Under the pieces are notes generated by a model. The model saw only the letters and a program-made list of their open reading frames with translations, had not been told where the DNA came from and did no database searches. From assembly GCA_963734845.1 (NCBI GenBank), contig CAVTIS010000008.1:236419-300418 (forward strand): a DNA stretch of 64,000 bases, read 5' to 3'. How positions within the stretch are numbered: the first letter of the stretch is position 1; each line of letters opens with the position of its first letter. The stretch comes from an uncultured delta proteobacterium (GTDB lineage Bacteria > Desulfobacterota > Binatia > Binatales > Binataceae). This document shows positions 18,057 to 28,571 of this stretch, in pieces. The translations under genes and the position numbers were made by a program.

Positions 18057-20231
18057 TCAGCCGGTCACGGCTGGGCCCTGTTCTCCGCGCGAGAGCGGCG
18101 TGCCAATGTTAGCATCTCGCTCGAACTTCAATCCTTGGCCGAATTGCAGCACCTTTCGCAGCGTCTCCTCGATGGCAGGTGCCAGCTTGCGCCCGGGTAC
18201 TGTGTACGGCCGAGCGCTGCGAACCGCGTTTACCAGCGAGTGCACCATACTCTCCTGGTCTTGATCTTCGCGGTGCCAAATGAATACTTCCGGCATCGTT
18301 TCGATCCGCAGGCCCATTAGAGCCGCTTTGGAAAGAAGCTCCCAGTCGTCAAGGGTTGATACCGCTTCGTTGCTGAATCCCCCGATTGTCTCGAATGCAT
18401 CGCGTCGTACTAGGGCGTTGGTGCTGCCGAAGCAGTTGACGAAAGCCCCGGTAGCAGCATCCCCTCCGAGAAACGGACGGCGTGAGTGCTCGAGGAGGTT
18501 CTGCGACGATCCGTTGGAGGAGCCGAGGAAAAAGCTGATTGCCGAAGTCAAAATGTCGGCATCCACGCGTTGCGCAACCTGAACGAAGACCGAGATCGCA
18601 TTGGGAGCCAACAAAAGTGTGTGATCGTCGACGAAGAACAAGTATTCCCCTTTCGCCTCGCGAACCGCCGCATTTCTGCTTGCCCCAATCTCCTCACCGC
18701 GTCGAAAGATCCGGCGCATTTCGTGGCCATCGGAACCATTGGAATCAATCGACGAATTCGATGGCGAAAATTCCTCGCTTCCACACTCGGCCAAGATGAT
18801 CTCCAGATGCGGATAGTTCTGCTGCTTTAGCGAGGCCAATGTCGCCGCGGCGCCCTTCTCTCTGACATTGTAGGCGAAACATATGCTCACCACCGGGAAA
18901 ATTGATTCTCTGCCGCCCCGCCGAGGCTGACGAACAGGTTGTTTGTGCTTGGCTTGATTCGGGAGGCTGACATGCAGATCCACCCATTTGCGTGCGTTGT
19001 CGGCGAATGAGGCCGATGGGCGCGCCGAAAAGGCACCTTGGTCGAGTGCGGCCCGGAGACGTTCAGCCAGAACGTCGGGCCTCGGCTCGAAGCAGACGTT
19101 TTCTATGTCGGAGGAGTCCATAATTTCTGGAATCCCTCCAACATTGCTAGCCAGCAATGGTACACCCGCGCCCACGCATTCCAGCACCGTGTTGGGATAA
19201 TTATCGGCGAGTGACGAGATCACCGCTAACCGTCCAGCTCCTTTAAGGTACTCGATTGCTGCTTTCTGATACTTATTGGAAACAATGTGCCACGGAACGG
19301 ACCAAGCCTTGGATCGGTCGCTGATGTAGCCGATACTCGAACGACCGTAAAGCTGAGTTTCTTTGCCTAGAAAGGTGACTTCAAACTTGCGATTGGCGCG
19401 GTCGGAGCAAAGTTGATCGACCGCATCGCAAAAGAGTTTGAGCCCTTTTCTGATCTCCAATCGTCCGAAGAATACTAATTCACGAATCTCATTTTTCCGG
19501 GGACCCGGCGCGGGACCTTCTGAGAGCAGCCCTTGGGGAAGAACATATGGCGCAACGTAAGTCCGTTCAGGAAGTTCCCAGCCATTTCCTTGCATCCAGC
19601 GAAGAAGATATTGGCTCGGACTCGTGACGATATCCGCGGCTGAGATGCTCACGCGTTCCATAAAATCAATCTCAAGCTCTCCGAGATTGCGTATGTAATC
19701 CTGGCTGCCCTCTTTCACCCAAAATGTCGGACCGTGGGCACTAATCACGAAGGTCGTGTCACCGAAAGCAAGTCCTTGGCGCTTTGCGAGCAAGCTGTAA
19801 AACCCCAGGCCCTGACATTCCGGAAAGTGAATGATATCGAAATCGTGCTGATGTTCCTTCAGCCAAGCATACGTGTGATAGGACACGCTGGAGGCCCAGG
19901 CAGCATGAATTCTGGGCTCATGAGCCATGGGCAGCGGAATCAACTTCAGGCCTTTCTCTTTCTGGTAATAGTCGACCCAATCAATCATGTTTCCGTCGGT
20001 AGGATGACACCCGAGAAGGAAAAGGATAGTCACGTCGTAGCCGGCCCGCTTCAGGGCGTCGGCGAGACTCGTGTAGGCGGTACCGATACCAGCATTGCGA
20101 GACGGCCCCTCGATTTCCCACGAAGCGATGCAGACGCGTGGAAGGCTGGAACCGTGGGGGACGTCAACCTCGGGCAATGGCGGAAACGTAGCGGACATCG
20201 ATCTTCCTCTCCTTGGTGGATCCGGCGACAA
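18057..20231 (-). CDS. bifunctional glycosyltransferase: N-terminal GT4 (GT-B) domain fused to C-terminal GT2 (GT-A) domain, 724 aa
   Basis: N-half '...RVCIASWEIEGPSRNAGIGTAYTSLADAL...NTVLECVGAGVPLLASNVGGIPEIM' is GT4. C-half 'PVVSICFAYNVREKGAAATLASLKQQNYPHLEIILAECGS...GASRNAAVREAKGEYLFFVDDHTL' is GT2 with a DxD motif. Confidence 0.8.
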   Translation of the reverse strand: MSPDPPRRGRSMSATFPPLPEVDVPHGSSLPRVCIASWEIEGPSRNAGIGTAYTSLADALKRAGYDVTILFLLGCHPTDGNMIDWVDYYQKEKGLKLIPLPMAHEPRIHAAWASSVSYHTYAWLKEHQHDFDIIHFPECQGLGFYSLLAKRQGLAFGDTTFVISAHGPTFWVKEGSQDYIRNLGELEIDFMERVSISAADIVTSPSQYLLRWMQGNGWELPERTYVAPYVLPQGLLSEGPAPGPRKNEIRELVFFGRLEIRKGLKLFCDAVDQLCSDRANRKFEVTFLGKETQLYGRSSIGYISDRSKAWSVPWHIVSNKYQKAAIEYLKGAGRLAVISSLADNYPNTVLECVGAGVPLLASNVGGIPEIMDSSDIENVCFEPRPDVLAERLRAALDQGAFSARPSASFADNARKWVDLHVSLPNQAKHKQPVRQPRRGGRESIFPVVSICFAYNVREKGAAATLASLKQQNYPHLEIILAECGSEEFSPSNSSIDSNGSDGHEMRRIFRRGEEIGASRNAAVREAKGEYLFFVDDHTLLLAPNAISVFVQVAQRVDADILTSAISFFLGSSNGSSQNLLEHSRRPFLGGDAATGAFVNCFGSTNALVRRDAFETIGGFSNEAVSTLDDWELLSKAALMGLRIETMPEVFIWHREDQDQESMVHSLVNAVRSARPYTVPGRKLAPAIEETLRKVLQFGQGLKFERDANIGTPLSRGEQGPAVTG

Positions 20232-20425
20232 TCAAAGGTGGCCTTCATCCGCATAACCAATCAGACGACGTGGGCACAAGTACAAGTTTTCTTCAAGCAA
20301 ATCAAGAGATTTTTTATGAAAATATCGAAAGGCGACTGGAGATGAATACGGTGGCCTTCGTTGGTTGATGCCCGTTTGGACGAAAAGCGTTTGTCCCGGA
20401 TGCGATCCTCGCGTACTGTGTCGCG

Positions 20426-21181
20426 ATGCTCGTCACCGTCGAGCGTTTGACGAAAACCTATGGCAGTTTCAAGGCCGTTGACAACGTATCCTTCGTCGTC
20501 CAAGCGGGAGAAATTGCCGGCCTTGTCGGTCCCAATGGAGCCGGCAAGACGACCATCATTCACATCATGCTGGGTCTGATCTCGCCCAACGCGGGTGCGG
20601 TGCGCCTGTTTGGGAGGAGCCTGGAAACGGATCGCGAGCAAATACTCCAGCGATTGAATTTCACGACGCCATACATGGCATTCCCGGTCCGGTTGACGGT
20701 GCTCGAGAACTTGAGGGTCTTCGCCAAAATATACAACGTTCGTGACCCGGTGGCGAAAATCAGTGAGTTGCTGGAGCGATTCGGCATCGGGCATCTGAAG
20801 AACAAGCCGGTCTCGCGGTTGTCCTCCGGCGAGGCTACGCGGGTGGGGCTATGCAAGGCATTTCTGAATGATCCGGAATTGTTGTTGCTGGATGAGCCGA
20901 CGGCTTACCTTGACCTTCAGGCGGCGCTGCAGGTGAGAGGCGTTCTGCTTGAGTTACAGCGGAGCCGAGGGACAACGATTTTCTATACCTCGCACAACAT
21001 GCTCGAGGTCCAGCGCATGTGCAACCGAATCATTTTTCTCAATCGTGGAACGGTCATCGCAACCGGGACACCGATCGAAGTAACCCGCAAGATCCTGAAG
21101 GAGAACCGCGACGCGCCCGCTCTCGACGAGGTCTTCATCCGCATTGCTGGGCGTCAGTCAGATGAAGCCGTCGCGAATTAG
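20426..21181 (+). CDS. ABC transporter ATP-binding protein (Wzt/KpsT-like, ABC-2 exporter)
   Basis: Walker A 'GPNGAGKTT', signature 'LSSGEATRV', Walker B 'LLLLDEPTAYLD', H-loop 'TSHNM'. Confidence 0.9.
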   Translation: MLVTVERLTKTYGSFKAVDNVSFVVQAGEIAGLVGPNGAGKTTIIHIMLGLISPNAGAVRLFGRSLETDREQILQRLNFTTPYMAFPVRLTVLENLRVFAKIYNVRDPVAKISELLERFGIGHLKNKPVSRLSSGEATRVGLCKAFLNDPELLLLDEPTAYLDLQAALQVRGVLLELQRSRGTTIFYTSHNMLEVQRMCNRIIFLNRGTVIATGTPIEVTRKILKENRDAPALDEVFIRIAGRQSDEAVAN

Positions 21182-21950
21182 CGCCGTCGTCCTGCGGCAT
21201 GCCTACGAAGTGCGCCGCAACGCGAACCACATCACTTACATGGTGTACTGGCCGGTGGTGAATATCGCGGTCTGGGGGTTCTTCACACTCTACCTGCGCC
21301 ACGGCGACCGCCTGCGGCCTGGAGTGATCAGTTGCCTGCTCGGGGCAGTCATCTTGTGGGGACTGTTCAATGCTTTCCAACGCGACATGGCGGTCGGTTT
21401 TCTGGAAGAACTGTGGTCACGGAATCTGGTTAGCCTCTTTGCTTCACCTTTGACTATTTCAGAATACGTGACCGGCTTGATCCTCGTGACGGCCGCCAAG
21501 GCAATGGTTGGCTTGATGGTCGAGTCGCTGATCGCGTGGATTTTCTATCACTACAATATCTTCCCGATGCTGCCGAAATTAATTCCGTTCATCCTGAACC
21601 TGGCTCTGTTTGCGCTCACGATCGGCATCGCGGTAACCGGCTTGATCTTCCGCTACACCACGAAGTTCCAGGCGATGGCGTGGAGCTTCGCCGGCATACT
21701 GATGCCATTGTCGTGCGTTTTCTATCCGTTGAGTTCGTTGCCGAGCTTCCTACGCCCGACGGCCTCCATACTCCCTACTGCCCACGCTTTCGAAGGTATG
21801 CGAGAAGCTATCGAAAGAGGCGCGTTTTCGGCATCGCATTTCAAATCGGGGTTGGAACTTAACGTGATCTACTTTATCCTCGCCATCGGCTTCTTCCGAT
21901 GGATGTTCGAGTCGGCGCGATCGCGAGGATTGTTGGTAAAGATGGAATAG
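21144..21950 (+). CDS. ABC-2 type transporter permease (Wzm/KpsM-like), 6 TM
   Basis: Hydrophobic 268-aa protein overlapping the ATPase gene by 38 nt; typical ABC-2 exporter pairing. Confidence 0.8.
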   Translation: MLGVSQMKPSRISAVVLRHAYEVRRNANHITYMVYWPVVNIAVWGFFTLYLRHGDRLRPGVISCLLGAVILWGLFNAFQRDMAVGFLEELWSRNLVSLFASPLTISEYVTGLILVTAAKAMVGLMVESLIAWIFYHYNIFPMLPKLIPFILNLALFALTIGIAVTGLIFRYTTKFQAMAWSFAGILMPLSCVFYPLSSLPSFLRPTASILPTAHAFEGMREAIERGAFSASHFKSGLELNVIYFILAIGFFRWMFESARSRGLLVKME

Positions 21951-22219
21951 TTCACCCGGCGAATCGATCTTCGCCTGCGCTCGAGCGCAGGAACAGGCGG
22001 TCAATCTCTGCTAGTTCACGCCCCTCGACAGCCTTGTATGTAGCGAATGCAGTAGAATCGACAGACGTAAGGCGGCAGGCCGGTGCAGCCTTGGAGAAGA
22101 CACCCCGTCTAGCAGCGAAGGTCGCCGTGCCATCACGGCGGCGCTCAAGCCCGAACGGTTGCAAGGGAAAGAAATCCCGGATCGCAAGGCGGGGCAAGCC
22201 ACGCTGAGGAGGGTGAAAC

Positions 22220-22774
22220 ATGGAGGAGATGAAACGGTTTGTCGGGATCGACGTCGCCAAGGCGGCATTGGACGTGTTCATCGGATCCGCCGGCGGGGCC
22301 TTTTCAGTGGCTAATGATGAGGTCGGAATCCGGGAGTTACTGAGACAGCTGGAGCCGGCTGACTTTGTGATTCTTGAAGCCACCGGTGGCCTGGAAACTC
22401 CCGTCGCCAGTGCCCTGGCGGCTGCGGGAATCGCAGTGGCGATAGTTAATCCACGCCAGGTGCGAGACTTTGCCCGCGCCACCGGCAAGCTGGCCAAGAC
22501 TGACCGGCTGGATGCCGAGGCGCTGACTCGGTTCGGTGAGGCGGTTCGACCAGAAGCACGGCCGTTAGCCGACGAGCAGGCCCAGGCGCTTGGAGCACTG
22601 GTTACCCGGCGGCGCCGGTTGGTCGAGATGCTGACCGCGGAGAAGAATCGCCGGGCCAGAGCTCCAAAGGTTTTACACCGTAGCATCGATGAGCAGCCCG
22701 TCAGAGGCTTTCGCAGTCATAGTCGTTCTGCTCGTAGCCATCGTTTTAGCTTCAGTTCGACGGAGATGACCTGA
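22220..22774 (+). pseudogene. IS110-family transposase, N-terminal DEDD domain only (C-terminal half missing or degenerate)
   Basis: 'FVGIDVAKAALDV...VILEATGGLETPVASALAAAGIAVAIVNPRQVRDFARATGKLAKTDRLDAEALTRFGE...LVTRRRRLVEMLTAEKNRRAR' matches the IS110 N-terminal domain; the sequence then decays into low-complexity text. Confidence 0.75.
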
Positions 22775-23254
22775 AACTAAGGGCCCCTCTCGATTTCCAA
22801 AACCGGGCCACCTCGCCCCCGGATTAAGGCCAGTACCTATTTCCGGCGATGATGGCAGCCCGGGCTCGCGGAGCATTTGGGGCTGTCGGACCGGGCGGTC
22901 CGCAAGGCGGCAGGCGGCCCATGCATGAAAAAGCAGGTTGCTCCGTCTGAGGTTCCCGGCCCACGTCAGGGCTTAATATGCCTCAGGTGTTCGGCGCAGC
23001 CTGCTTCCTGGATTCTGCTCTAACACAGAAGATGTCGAACGCGCTAATGCCCTGTGAGCGGTGGGCAGCCGCGACGCTGCCAACCCCCGGCGGAGCGCTC
23101 TGGAAGCTCTCAGAATGAGCGCATGATCAACGCGCCCCATTGCGGAGATGAAGGGGAATCAAGTTGTTTTGACGCGAGACGCTGCTTGCTGAGACGCTCC
23201 GACCAGGCACAGAGGTTCTTCAATGAAACTAAAGCGTCTGAAGGCGAAGTGCTA

Positions 23255-23695
23255 TCAGCATCCGCATAAAGATGCTGTCCGCAAAATCCGTACTGTCTGG
23301 CTTTGCCAAGCTTGCGTTCTCGAATTGGAACAACTTAACCGCCCAATTAGGCCGGGCCGCGCGAAGATGATCGCCTTCACCTCGTCAAGGCGTCGCGCCA
23401 TCGCCTCGGCAATTTCGTTGAGATGCTCCAGCGATGCGATAGCGTGATCGAGCAGGGGCTCAGCCGACGTGTGGCCCTCAGAGGCTGCGCAGTGAGCGTC
23501 CCCGAGCTCTCGGTTGGCCTCGTTGGTGATTGCCACCAGCGCCTGCATGCGTCCAGTTAGCTCTCGCAAGATCGACGAATGCAGACTGCCGGTGGTCGCC
23601 TTCCACCGCATGGTGATCGCCGGAAGCGTCTTGCCAAGGTAGTCCCTCGTCTTAGCTACGAGGACCCCTCGCTTGTTCTCGATGGTATCAGCCAT
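23255..23695 (-). CDS. hypothetical protein (146 aa)
   Basis: ORF only; helical-looking; no motif recognised. Confidence 0.25.
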   Translation of the reverse strand: MADTIENKRGVLVAKTRDYLGKTLPAITMRWKATTGSLHSSILRELTGRMQALVAITNEANRELGDAHCAASEGHTSAEPLLDHAIASLEHLNEIAEAMARRLDEVKAIIFARPGLIGRLSCSNSRTQAWQSQTVRILRTASLCGC

Positions 23696-24593
23696 CAGTG
23701 ATGAGGATGCCCTTTCCTAGCATCCGAAGCACGCGCTCGGATGGAATTTCACGCATTTCGTTAGTTATCAAGGTTACCAATCCTTCACATTGGCACGTGA
23801 TCGCGCGTCAAAGACTTTACAGCGGTAAATTAAAGGCGCATAGGTTCGGTAAACTAGACTAAGTTGCGCGAGCAGGGGGCTGCGATGAGGATTTTCGTAC
23901 GCTCTCAATATGCGAATGATTCGCCCGACGAGAGCGTGCGAAGGGCCTTTGAAGTTCTCCATGATTCCAAGGTCTTTTCGGTACGTGCTGGCGGGAGCTT
24001 CGGAGACAGACCCGTGGTCTTGGTCGATGCGAGAGAGGTGACAGAGGCGCTTGCAGCGCTCGAATCTGCCGGACTCCAATGGCCAACTTAGCGCGCCATT
24101 CTAAAAGAGACCGACGGCCCTTCGATTTCTTAGCTGCCTCTGCTCGATGACAGGCATGAAGCTGCAGGACGTTTGTACTTGCGGACATCAACGCGCCGCT
24201 CATTACGAAAATAAACCATCCCGGGTCAGTCCGGCTAAGACGAACTGCGCTCTCTGCTACTGCGCGCAGTTCAAAGTGGCACGGAAACACCCCCTAGAGT
24301 GCAAATGGTGAGTGCAGGCAGCATGGCTTCGTATATACATGGGCCATGGGCCGACGCAGAGAACGCCACGCACAAGAAGCCCACTACCCCTTCGAAAGAG
24401 TCAGGCCTATCGGGCAGTCCGCCGTCGTCTGCCCGAAGTGCGAGAAGCTTGTGTCTACCCCCGAGCGATTGGTTGAGCATTTCCCCCAAGTGTCGGTCTG
24501 ATGAGCGCCGGCCGTTTTGACTAGTGGCAGGCCGAGAGTAAGGGACTGTTATTGGTGCGATGATGTGCGCGGACCAGGCGGAGCGGAGGAAGA

Positions 24594-26006
24594 ATGAGGC
24601 TCGAGGAACTGACGATCGGCGAGGCGGGGGCAGCGCTTCGCCGCGGCGAGATGACGGCGGCCGCCTACGCCGAGGCGCTGCTCGAGCGCTGCGCCAGGGT
24701 GGCGTCGCTCAACGCCTTCATCGCGCAGGATGCGGCCACGGTGAGGTCCGCGGCGCGGCGCGCCGACGAGGCGCGGAAGGCGGGCGGTCCCCTGGGGCCC
24801 CTCCACGGCGTGCCGCTCGCGATCAAAGACAACGTCGATACCGCGGATCTGCCGACGACCGGCGGCACAGCGGGTCTCAAGGCAAACCGGCCGAAGCGGA
24901 ACGCGCCCGTCGCGCAAAAACTCCTTGACGCCGGCGCCATCTTGTTCGGCAAGGCCAACCTGCACGAGCTTGCCTTCGGCGTCACGAACAACAACAAATC
25001 CTTCGGGGCCGCGCGCAACCCATACGATCCGTCGCGCATTCCCGGTGGCTCGAGCGGCGGGACCGCGGCGGCTGTGGCGGCGCGGTTGGTACCCGGCGGG
25101 ATCGGCTCGGACACGGGCGGCTCGGTGCGCATTCCGGCGGCGCTCTGCGGAATTGTCGGCTTCCGCCCGACGACGGGGCGCTGGTCCGCCGCCGGCGTCG
25201 TCCCGATCTCGCCCACGCGCGACACGCCCGGCCCCATGACGCGCAGCGTCGCGGATTGCGTCCTGCTCGACGGCATCGTCACCGGCGGGGCCACCGCCCT
25301 CGCGCCCGCCACGCTCCAGGGAATGAGACTCGGCGTGCCCCGCGGCTATTTCTGGGAGAACCTCGACGGCAATCTGGCGCGCCTTCTGGAGGATGCGCTG
25401 GCGCGGCTGCGCGATGCTGGCGCCGTGCTCGTCGAGGGCGACGTCGTCGATGTGGGGCGGCTCAACAATGCCGCCACCTTCCCCATCGCGCTCTACGAGG
25501 TAGTGCGGTCGCTCAAGGCCTATCTCACCTCGCACGAGGTCGGACTCGATCTCGCCGGCCTCATAGCGGCGGTCAAGAGCCCGGACGTGAAGGACGTGCT
25601 CGAGGCCGCGACTGGCGCCGGCGCTGTGTCGGAGGCGGCATATCGCGAGGCGCTCAAGAATCGCGCGGCGCTACAGGAGAGTTTTCGTCGCTATTTTCGA
25701 GAGCACAGCGTGACCGTCGCGCTCTTGCCCACGACGCCGCTGCCAGCCGCAAAGATCGGCGAGGACGAGACTACGCTCTTGAACGGCGCCGCGGTGCCGA
25801 CCTTCCCGACCTTCATCCGCAATACCGACCCTGGCAGCGTCGCCGGCGTCCCGACGCTGAGCCTGCCGGCAGGGATCACGAAGGCGGGGCTTCCGGTCGG
25901 GCTCGAGCTCGATGGGCCGGAAGGCAACGACTATCAGGTGCTTGCGGTGGGCTGTGCCATCGAGGCCGTGCTGCCAAAGCTGCCGGCACCTCCATTTCCG
26001 AAGTGA
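24594..26006 (+). CDS. amidase (amidase-signature family)
   Basis: 'GGSSGGTAAAVAA' GGSS(G/S)G signature, 'PLAIKDNVDT' catalytic Lys region, typical N-terminus 'LTIGEAGAALRRGEMTAAAYAEALL'. Confidence 0.9.
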   Translation: MRLEELTIGEAGAALRRGEMTAAAYAEALLERCARVASLNAFIAQDAATVRSAARRADEARKAGGPLGPLHGVPLAIKDNVDTADLPTTGGTAGLKANRPKRNAPVAQKLLDAGAILFGKANLHELAFGVTNNNKSFGAARNPYDPSRIPGGSSGGTAAAVAARLVPGGIGSDTGGSVRIPAALCGIVGFRPTTGRWSAAGVVPISPTRDTPGPMTRSVADCVLLDGIVTGGATALAPATLQGMRLGVPRGYFWENLDGNLARLLEDALARLRDAGAVLVEGDVVDVGRLNNAATFPIALYEVVRSLKAYLTSHEVGLDLAGLIAAVKSPDVKDVLEAATGAGAVSEAAYREALKNRAALQESFRRYFREHSVTVALLPTTPLPAAKIGEDETTLLNGAAVPTFPTFIRNTDPGSVAGVPTLSLPAGITKAGLPVGLELDGPEGNDYQVLAVGCAIEAVLPKLPAPPFPK

Positions 26007-26295
26007 TCGCGCGAACCCGCGCCAAGGATCGTGAAGTGAGTCAAGATTCAACCGGCGTACTGAGTCTCGGCGCTTAGCGCTACTGCGGCGAGCCGCCGCA
26101 GCTGAGAACGTCACTGAACAGAAGGGCGGTCGCCGCTTGTCGGGCGGATTGTCAGAACCGCGGGCTTGACAGCGTCGCATCAAACCTCTCCGAACAACGC
26201 GTCAAAAGATCGCTCGCATCATCTGGGCGGCGGTTGCTGAATCGCAACTGCCTCTGCCGTTACAATCCTGCTTTTTTTGTCCACGGAAATCTCTC

Positions 26296-26470
26296 CTAGC
26301 GACCCAGGTCATCCAGCAGGGCCTTGGCGTCCTTCAGATCGGCGGTATCCAAGCCCTCGGTGAACCAGCCGTAGATGTCCGTGAGCATCGCGCGCGCTTC
26401 GTCTCGACGGCCTCGCTTGGCGAGGAGCCGGGCCAAGCTCGTGCGCAGCGCCGCGGCGACTCGTCGCGCC
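26296..26470 (-). pseudogene. orphan 3'-terminal fragment (last ~55 codons) of an adenylate cyclase-AAA-TPR regulator gene
   Basis: Minus-strand translation '...[32 protein letters not shown]' matches the C-terminus '[19 protein letters not shown]' of the gene at 29962..33267; nucleotide-level similarity to 29940-30100. Confidence 0.5.
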
Positions 26471-26487
26471 TTCTTCGATTCCTATCT

Positions 26488-27650
26488 CTATCTCGCTGCT
26501 TGCCTGATCTGCCGAAAGCATGCGCGCACCTCATGCACGAACATTTCCGGCTGTTCGAATGCGGCGAAGTGGCCGCCCTTGTCGAGCTCGTTGAAGTAGA
26601 CCAATTTCGTATAGCGCTGCTCCACCCAGCGCCGCGACCCGCGGAAGATCTCCTTGGGGAAGATCGAACATCCCGCAGGTATCAGGACCGCGTCGGTCGG
26701 AATCGAGCGGAAACTCTCCCAGTAGAGTCGCGCGGATGAGGCGGCGGTTCCAGTCAGCCAATACATCATCACATTGTCGAGCAGTTCGTCGCGGGTCAGG
26801 ACGTTCTCCGGATGGCCTCCACAGTCGGTCCATGCCCAAAACTTCTCGAGGATCCAGGCCATCTGGCCGACGGGCGAGTCGCTAAGGCCGTAGCCAACGG
26901 TCTGCGGCCGCGTACTCTGTTCCTTGGAGTACCCGGAGTCCCAGTCGTTGTAATACCGGAAACCAGCGAACGCCGATTTTTCCGTCACGGTGAGGTCGCT
27001 GCTCGAAGGATCGATTCGCACCAGCAAGTGCAGTACGAGCGGCAGATTCACATGTATTCCGAGGCAGTTGGCGGGGTCCTGAAATCCGATGCAAGTCGTG
27101 ATCGCGGCGCCCCAATCACCGCCTTGTGCGGCATATTGCTTGTAACCGAGCCGCAGCATCAGTTCGGACCACGCGTTCGCGATCCGTTGCACGTTCCATC
27201 CCGTGCGGGTCGGCTTGTCCGAGAAGCCATATCCTGGAAGCGACGGACACACGAGGTGGAACGCGTCGGCAGCCTCGCCGCCGTGCGCGGTCGGGTTGGT
27301 CAACGGTTCGATTACTTTCTGAAACTCGACGATCGACCCGGCCATCCATGCGTGACAAGCAGCGGCGTCGCGTCCGGGTGCGGCGAGCGGACATGGATAA
27401 AGTGGATTCCCAGACCGTCGATTTCTGTCTTGAACTGCGGAAAGCGATTGAGCAACGCCTCGCGCGCACGCCAGTCGTACTTCTCCAACCAATATGAAGC
27501 GACCTCCTGCGCATACGCGAGGGGCAATCCCTGCGTCCAATCGTCGACGCATTCACGCTCCGGCCATCGCGTCGCACGTAGGCGCCGCTTCAGGTCCTCA
27601 AGTTCGTCATCGGTAATAGCAATCCGGAAGGGTGTGATCTCATCGCTCAT
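26488..27650 (-). pseudogene. epoxide hydrolase (EHN N-terminal domain plus alpha/beta-hydrolase core), interrupted by a single frameshift at ~27337-27339
   Basis: ORF 27312..27650 'FRIAITDDELEDLKRRLRATRWPE...GIHFIHVRSPHPDATPLLVTHGWPG' (EHN domain) continues in the +1 frame as 'SIVEFQKVIEPLTNPTAHGG...PSLPGYGFSDKP...QGGDWGA' (ORF 26488..27552). Restoring one C in the plus-strand 'gaCCCgg' run rejoins 'HGWPG|SIVEF'. Confidence 0.8.
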
Positions 27651-27821
27651 TGGCAGGTCTGCTCCACGAAGACATTCACGGCAATCGTTACTCTGACTGG
27701 TATGCTCCGCCCGTCGATTGTAGCCCGCCTTTTCTCTAAATCTTGTTTCGAGTTCACCTGAGCCTTTGATGTTAGCGAACAGGGCGGTGACCGCTTGCGC
27801 TCGCCTTGGAAATTCTCGGAC

Positions 27822-28523
27822 TCAAGTGCCCCGCCACGCGAATCGGCGCGCTAAAAGATTTCCTCGCCCCGGCGGACACTGCGAGCGCGGCTCCACAATC
27901 ATCACAGAAGTCCTCACCGGGCTTGTTTGGGGTGCTGCATCGCGCACACTTTGCAGCAAGCGGAGTCCCACAATTGGCGCAAAACCTTCGCCCCTCGGAT
28001 TGTCGCTCTCACATGTGCAGCGACGTCGAGCGCCGCGCGAAAAACAGTGTTCGGCTTCCGCCGTAGCTCCGCCGTCGCGCATCAGCAACAACTCACCCTT
28101 GAGGCGCAGCATCTCGGCCTGATCGACCCTTTCGCCGCTGTGCTCGATATGCGCCAGGGCTTCGTTCAGCATCTCAAGCGCCTCTTCTTTACGACCCATC
28201 CTGGCGTAACCCCGTGCGAGCAGGGCGATTGTGTACTGTTGCCACGGCACTCCGCTCAACCGGCGGAAGCCCGCGACTCCCGCCTCCATTTCCGCCACCC
28301 CTTGCTCGAGTTGCCCTTGTTCGGCCAGGGCCCAGTCGTGATTGAATCGTCCCCAAGCAAGCCACTCCCGGAAACCGTTTTCCTCAGACAGCGCCATGGC
28401 TTCCTCGGCGTGCACGCGGACGATCTCCGGCTCGCGCCGGTAACGAGCGAGTACCCCCCCTCTGACTGTCAGCGCATGATCCAAGCTAAACAGATGCTTG
28501 TCGCCGAGGAGGGGCTGGAACAC
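27822..28523 (-). pseudogene. C-terminal TPR-region fragment of a second adenylate cyclase-AAA-TPR-type gene (truncated, 3' end degenerate)
   Basis: '...AEMLRLKGELLLMRDGGATAEAEHCFSRG' parallels 'SDALRLRGELRLKQGQTKLAEAGFREAV' in the 29962..30345 copy, then diverges into non-homologous text. Confidence 0.45.
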
Positions 28524-28571
28524 GCGCGCCAGTCCAATGACAAGTCGTTCCGCAGCGCGACCATCTAAGAA

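Noticed and set aside
21952-22686. 244-aa minus-strand ORF rich in Ala/Ser/Arg
   Set aside because: Low-complexity translation antisense to the IS110 transposase fragment (22220..22774) and to intergenic DNA; typical of spurious long ORFs in high-GC DNA
24549-25535. 328-aa minus-strand ORF antisense to amidase 1 (also 24665..25312 and 25256..26077)
   Set aside because: Arg/Gly/Pro-rich artefacts of high GC; the amidase frame carries the GGSSGG signature
26083-26101. Perfect hairpin 'ctgcggcg-agc-cgccgcag' 77 nt after the amidase stop, considered as an intrinsic terminator
   Set aside because: No U-tract follows ('ctgagaacg'), so it is not a canonical rho-independent terminator; it could still be a structural or REP-like element, so it is not called as a feature
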